DNA of 63,984 nt, filler included, from Olpidium bornovanus S191 (lineage: Eukaryota; Fungi; Olpidiomycota), in assembly GCA_017911155.1 (NCBI GenBank). It is 27 parts of 27 records of this genome, joined end to end, with 100 filler letters (N's around TTAATTAATTAA, not from the genome) between each part and the next. Parts side by side here need not be neighbours in the genome. Positions count along the whole stretch, not along the records: positions 55,547 to 58,976 come from JAEFCI010010652.1; positions 59,077 to 60,841 come from JAEFCI010005475.1; positions 60,942 to 62,398 come from JAEFCI010010801.1; positions 62,499 to 63,984 come from JAEFCI010001583.1; 23 more parts are not named here. One strand, 5' to 3'. Below the pieces are notes generated by a model. It saw only the letters and a list, made by a program, of their open reading frames with translations. It was not told the origin of the DNA and searched no databases. How positions within the stretch are numbered: the stretch's first letter is position 1; each line of letters opens with the position of its first letter. The position numbers and the translations under genes were made by a program. Of this stretch, positions 58,198 to 63,984 are shown in pieces.

Positions 58198-60119
58198 TGT
58201 TACGAAAGGCTTCTTCTTCTTTCCTTTGTTTGCGGTTTGAACGGCGGGAGGGAGAAGCTCACTGGAGCTCCCCTCCCGGTCTTTGGCATATTTGATCACG
58301 TGACCGTAGAGCGCACTCTCCCGGTTCACAACACGTTTCATTCCCCTCCCTCTCCCTCCCCGCCTCACCGCGAACACCCCTGGGTCTGTGCGTCTGGGCT
58401 AGACATCCGACTATGTATTATATGTACATGTCTCTGTTCTTGAATATACGGCAAAAACTCGCCGTTACCCAAGTCCCCTACGCACGACCCCCGCCCCGCC
58501 GCCTCATCCGCACCGCCCAAACGGACAGTCGAAAAAACCTTTTTCTTTCCCGGCAAGGGGAAGGCAAGGGGAGAGAAGGGGAAAAAGCGGGGGGCCCGAA
58601 GAAAAAGGGGTAAGCGAGGGCGGTGTGGTTTTGGGGGCCCCCCGCCCCCCGACTCCCTCCCCGCCACGCGCGCCTGTTTGATATATCATATGTATTCATT
58701 CGATTTTGTTGTGACGGCCACGTGGCCATCAACGTGACCATCAACGTGAAAAAAAGAAAAAAAATATGAAGGAGTAAGCCGACTTCGCGGCGGACCCGAA
58801 CCTCTCAGTGTTTGTGCGTGGTTTGACGGGTGGTTACGGTCACCTGGGGTGATGGTTACGGTCACGGGGTGAGGGTTACAGTCACGTGGCCTGACGCTAC
58901 AGCGAAAAGCGGACAAAATTTCTGTAGACCTTAACCTAACGGTTTGGAAAAAAAAAAAAAAAAAAAAAAAAAAAAANNNNNNNNNNNNNNNNNNNNNNNN
59001 NNNNNNNNNNNNNNNNNNNNTTAATTAATTAANNNNNNNNNNNNNNNNNNNNNNNNNNNNNNNNNNNNNNNNNNNNAAATGGAGGGTCTGGCGACCCTGA
59101 GGCGAGGCATCAACACTGCGCGCAACAGCCGTCTCGTTAGTTAGCTCACCGTTATCCAAGACACAGAAAAAAGTTTGTTCGCGCTTCCGTTGAATTCTTC
59201 GCCTCTTCCCGGCGAACCGTTACTTCCCCCATCCCCGTCCTCACCAACATGCTTTCTGGCCGGGAGGAATATAATCTGAGAAAACAACCGCCCGCCGGCT
59301 CGCGGCTGTAACTCGTCTAGCAGCGCTGACCAAAGGTGGTCGCCACACCGTCGGACCTGGCCAGAAGGCGTCCCGTAGTGTGTTGAGGAAGTTGCCTATG
59401 TGGTTGACAGCTCGACGACAGATTTGCATGCAAATTGGCACGTGCGCCGGACGGGCCGCAGGCTTGCATCCCCGCCGCTCTTCCTATCTCCCTCTCTCTC
59501 ACTCTTTCATTCTTTCACTCTCATAATGTCTTTCTCACTGCTGCGCTGCTTCGCCTTTACCTCGCAGCGCTACATTTCTTGCGCGAACGGTTGGACGGCG
59601 AACGAATAGAGAAAGTAGGAGCGCAAGCGCGAACATCTCGCATCGACTTGGGGAGTCTGTATCTGTGAAGGGGTTGTGGGGGGTCGACCGGAGCCCTGGG
59701 AATCGTGCGACTTCCGCGTTCGGATCATGGGCGAGGTGCGACGGTCGCCTGCAAGTCACTCCGTTTGGAGTTCTGTCTTTTTGCGTTTCTTGGCAACGGC
59801 GCGCGGCAGAAACTGCCCTGGTCCCCGAGGCGGTTTCGTTCCGCAATCGCGACAACCCCACCCGCGCCAATCTCACCGGGCGTACTTCCTCTCGGAATTA
59901 TCTTGCCACCCATCCGCCCCCTTTCTCCAGAGGAACTGCGCAACTCCCCCAGAACCGTAAAACCAGCTTTCCAAATAGAAAAGAGTTTATCCTCTCCGTT
60001 CTCGGGGAGGCCCGGGGAAATAAAACTAATGCTGGAACTCGGGCCAATGACGGGCGCCCGGAGATGGGCGAGCGTGCCGTCGGGCGCCGGCGAAATACGG
60101 ACAGGATTCTGAGCGGGCG

Positions 60120-60167
60120 ACGTTCAGACTCGCGGAAAGCCGAAACGTTCAGACTCGCGGAAAGCCG
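60120..60167. repeat. 24-bp tandem duplication
   Basis: acgttcagactcgcggaaagccga occurs twice, nearly adjacent. Confidence 0.85.
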
Positions 60168-61058
60168 AGCCTTTCTTGGGCATAGAAGGCGGCGTACCGG
60201 CAGCGGAAGCGCATGCCCGCGAGGTTACGCCAGCATGCGTTTTGTCGCATTCGGTCGGAGGCAGCCCCGACACGAGCGTGTAGATGTGTCATCATGGCGA
60301 CCGCGCGCCGACTCCAGCCTGTCCCCGCGACGGTTGACGGTCGTACGGAGGTCGCGCCGAGATCGGCGAGCCGCGATTCGTAATGCGAACGCAAGAGGGG
60401 CGCCACCGGACACCATCACCGTCTCCTCCGAAGTCAAGATGTGCGAGGCACAAGTCCGGCAGTCAGCGACGCCTGCAGTGATGTTTGTAGCTTCTGTCCA
60501 CTGCATTAAACTATATATTTATGTGCCAAATGGAATTGAACCCTACTGTATACCCTAGTACATTAGTACGCAAAGCAGGGAACACCCGCGGAGACCACGA
60601 AGCCTGGCGAAAGTCTCGATGGTCTGTGTCCGGTAACGGGCTAAGCACGGCGCACGATCCTCTCGTTGGCAGCCGAGGAACGCAGGCCCAAAAGATGCCT
60701 CGCCGCTTTCCGCGGCGGATGGGGGACGGAGCTGGTCGCAAATCGGAGCCGGAGTCGCCGGCTTGCGGAACCTGGAAGAGCAATGGGGGAAGCCGCCGAG
60801 GTGGCGAGAGCACCTCGCACTCGCTGCAGCGAGGGCATGCTNNNNNNNNNNNNNNNNNNNNNNNNNNNNNNNNNNNNNNNNNNNNTTAATTAATTAANNN
60901 NNNNNNNNNNNNNNNNNNNNNNNNNNNNNNNNNNNNNNNNNAAGGAATCCGATCAAATGGTTTGAAACGTGGAAGGAGAACTGATGCGATGACGAAGCGA
61001 AGGGGGCCCGATGCGAGACGACTAAAAAAGAGGGGGGAAGGGGTTTTTTTTTTTTTTG

Positions 61059-61094
<36 letters not shown>

Positions 61095-61659
61095 TTTTCC
61101 GTGGGCGGTCAAACGGCGGGTGGTTCGGTGGCGTCCTCCGCCTCCCGCGACTCGTGTTTTTCTTTTCCTGGCCGTTTGATTTGTTTTTGTTTTCTTTCCT
61201 TTGTTAAAAGTTCGCTAGCACAACGAGGCCAAAATGCTATGGGCAGGGGCCGGCTGGAAAAACGCCGGGGGTTGGGCTTAGAGGACTAGGGCCCGCCCCT
61301 CCGCCGTCCGGCAGCGAAGAAAGAATGAAAAGAGTGAACAAAAAGTCGCCGCCGTTTGCAATGGTAATGCCGGCACGTGGGGCCAGAATGGCGGGACGAC
61401 ATAACAACATGCACGGGCTGTGCACCTGGCTGGAAGGGGCTTGCAGCCTTCGTCCGTGTCCGCGTCTGTCCGTGTCCGCCCGTGTGTTTGCGGGCTACTG
61501 GAGGGCCGGGGGCCGACACGGTAGCTCAATCAGGATGCGCATCCAGGCGGGCTCACTACTCCCGGCTGTACGGGGAGACGTGCCTGGCGGCCAACGGGGC
61601 GTGACTGCTGCGTGAAGCGGACCTTGCTTTCTTTTTGGCCTCTTTCGGATGATGTTCTT

Positions 61660-61980
61660 AAGGACTTTTCTCCGCGGACGCTACGTTTTGCCGGGCGTGT
61701 TTTTTCCCCGCCGGTTTTCCCGATTTTCTTCCGGAAGTTTTATCGGACACCCTCCCGGAAACTTCTCCAGGCGGTTTTCTTTTCGCACGTTTTTTTCAGA
61801 CGCTTTCCCGGAAGGTTGATTCTCCAGACGTTTTTTTTTTCTCGGACGGTTTTCGGGACCTTCTTTCGCGGACGGTTTTTTCCGCACGCTTTTTTTCCCC
61901 GGACGTTTTCTCCCCGACCGTTTTCTCGGGTTTTAATCTCTTCCGGACACCTTCCCGACGTTTTTTTTTTCGCCGCACGC
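61660..61980. repeat. Degenerate minisatellite of T-tract + (C/G)GGACG units
   Basis: About 18 units of roughly 15-18 bp such as ttttctccgcggacg, ttttttccccggacg and ttttctcggacgg. Confidence 0.75.
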
Positions 61981-63209
61981 TGCAGCCGCGGACGCCATTC
62001 CAGCGGAGCCAAACAACATCACGCGCACACGAGCTAAAACAGCGGCCCCCCACCCGGCGTTTCCCAAAACGCGCAAGCTTGTACCCGTCCCCGTGTTGTC
62101 GAAGAACTTGACACACCGGGAAAGACGGCACGAGAATTTGCAGCCCTATCTATCATCAGGTAGCGCGGGCAGGTGCACAGACGGAGAAGCGAATGACTCG
62201 AACGATGGTGCTAACGGTCATATCTATCTTTGATGTGTACGCGATCTCGCCGACCCCTCCGTTTGCCTCGTCTTTGGTGTGTTTCTCTTTGCGCGCGAAA
62301 AGGGAGTGGGTATATTTTTCTCGGCCCCTGGAGGGCGGGGGATGTGAATAGCTGAAGGCAAAAAAAAAAAAAAAAAAAAAGAAAAAAAAAGAGACTGCNN
62401 NNNNNNNNNNNNNNNNNNNNNNNNNNNNNNNNNNNNNNNNNNTTAATTAATTAANNNNNNNNNNNNNNNNNNNNNNNNNNNNNNNNNNNNNNNNNNNNAG
62501 GTTTCTACACTGACGGTTCCTGTAACACAGCCTTCCCGGCTTTGGTGGGCCATGGCTCACGTGCTCCCCCTTTATTTCGCTGCGCATCAACAAAGGGTTG
62601 CCGTGGCAACCCCCCCCCCTCCCCCCCAACCTTCCCTTCCCGGGCCAGAACTCGAATCCCGCGCGCACGGCTTGGCGGCCGGCGTCGGTGGCATTCCGCC
62701 TGGAATACTGCCAAGCCGTGCAGAGATCATTGATCCTTGCATCTGTTGATACTAATTCAGCCATCCACCCGCTGTCTCGGCGTTCCATCGTACTGTTCCA
62801 CGGTTCTCCCTTTGTCTTCCTCAGCAGGGTCATCACGCCATGCGAATTCTAAAACCGTTCCTGTTGTCCATTTGCATGCCGCTGTGGTCAGACCTCCGTC
62901 GGCTGCCGCGTTGTCCGGTGGCGTCCCCGTTCCGGCAACAATGCAATGTCAGGGGTTGCCCTCATTTTGCCCAACAGCCAACCCCTTCGGATGGAAAAAT
63001 TGAGTTGCCCGGGGACAAAGCTGTTCTCTCTTCCCCCTCCCTCGGGGCAACAAACAGATGACAGAGAAACACGAGGAAGACCCCCAGCTTTGAGAGCTGA
63101 TAATGGCTGCGCAGACGCCAGCCGAGAAGGCAGACACCGGGGATAACGCAACGCACGAGGCCGTCTGGCGGCCATTGCGGAGCTCAACGGCAAGAAATCA
63201 GGCTCTGAG

Positions 63210-63800
63210 ATGGTGGATGACGCCTCGGCAACCGCCTTTTGCATCCACATGGCGGCGGCGGCGGGGGATGTGCCGCGGGTTCTTGACCTGCTGGGCGTCG
63301 ACGTGTCATCAGAGTTCGCCGAGGCCGCGTTGGCCGAATACGATTCCACGAGACCACCGCAAGAGGACGGGGACGCCAGGTGCCAGCCGCTGGATAAAAA
63401 CGTCGGCTCCGCGTTCCAGAAGGTCTGGGACGCCGTCGTCGATTACGGCGATACTTACGACGGCAATCCGGGGTCGAATTCGAGCCCGCCGTCCGCATTC
63501 GACACGAAGTCTGCAGACGGGATCTCGCTCAGTATGGCCCCGCCGCCGGCGGGCGAGATCAACCGCCGCGTGCTCGACTCCCGCAACCGCAAGGGGTGGA
63601 CGGCCCTGCACTACGCCTGCTACCTGGGCCACGACGTGACGGTGAAACTGCTGCTGGCGCTGGATTCGGACTACTCGATACCGACGAACGAGGGGTGTTC
63701 GGCGCTCGCCGCCGCGGTCCGCGGGATGAACGAGTTCGCCGTCAGGGCGCTCGTCGGGGCGGGCGCCTTCGTGAACGACGTGGACTTCGCGGGATTCACC
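63210..63800 (+). CDS. Ankyrin-repeat protein, first exon (3'-truncated)
   Basis: IHMAAAAGD..., RNRKGWTALHYACYLGHDVTVKLLL, EGCSALAAAVRG...VRALVGAGAFVNDVD; donor GTAAGT at about 63801. Confidence 0.85.
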
Positions 63801-63984
63801 GTAAGTGAGAATCGACGTCTTCGCCGTTTTTACTTTTGGAATCGAGTTTCCCCCGGAGCTTTACGGGAAGGGGCGAAGCTGGGGAGGGGGAAGGAAAAGA
63901 TCGTTTTTTTTTCTTAATTCCCTCTCCCTCTCCCCCCCCCCCCCCCTTCCCTCCCCCCCCCCCCCCCCCCCCCCCGCACGCCCC

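Larger units (their letters stand above)
56574..58333 (-). mobile_element. 5' portion of a Bianca-like Ty1/copia element: putative LTR, PBS, repeat-rich leader and near-intact gag; pol missing
   Basis: Gag FPALAADGSNYLSW...HHLD...DPAALWGTLKARFD...DWLNLRVMDFRSISEYD...LRLCGE...MIERTL...QYRQQG...AERNRELL...CHSCGHTGHLAAGC; one frameshift in a G5 run near 57480; putative LTR 58333-58198 (TGTTG...TAACA) followed by CGTTATCAGCAC. Confidence 0.85.

Noticed and set aside
55547-58333. RNase H (55547-56014) and Gag (56574-57654) as one copia element
   Set aside because: Opposite strands and very different decay levels; two independent insertions.
1-63984. Prokaryotic operon, defence system, rRNA/tRNA genes or CRISPR array
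   Set aside because: Genes have spliceosomal introns and eukaryotic families; no repeat-spacer array or RNA gene signature seen; adjacency across spacers is artificial.

Overview
Eukaryotic, intron-rich, GC-rich genomic DNA. The window is not contiguous: it is 27 short contig pieces (about 0.9-5 kb) joined by 26 artificial 100-bp spacers (44 N + TTAATTAATTAA + 44 N), so most genes are truncated and adjacency across spacers means nothing. The gene set points to a zoosporic (flagellated) early-diverging fungus; an Olpidium/chytrid-type organism is my inference. It includes fungal-type housekeeping genes (GPI17/PIG-S, EMC4, DBP6, YPK9, SOH1/MED31, GLE2/RAE1, casein kinase I, Puf4/5-type PUF, Jsn1/Puf2-type RRM, Scp160-type KH, EVE/THYN1), the EF-like GTPase EFL, and genes of flagellated eukaryotes (EFCAB5-like, coiled-coil + C1q-like). 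About ten decayed transposon fragments are present (Ty3/gypsy, Ty1/copia, pogo/Tc5, and a frameshifted dUTPase). The strongest lead is a young-looking Ty1/copia 5' end at 56.6-58.3 kb whose Gag and half-tRNA-Ile primer-binding site resemble the plant Bianca lineage. Other leads are a tetraspanin with a very large EC2 insertion, a 9-nt micro-exon in casein kinase I, an apparently intron-bearing pogo transposase, CpG-type mutations in old transposons, and a CEP152-like N-terminus. No rRNA, tRNA or CRISPR array was recognised. All family assignments come from recalled motifs, not database searches.
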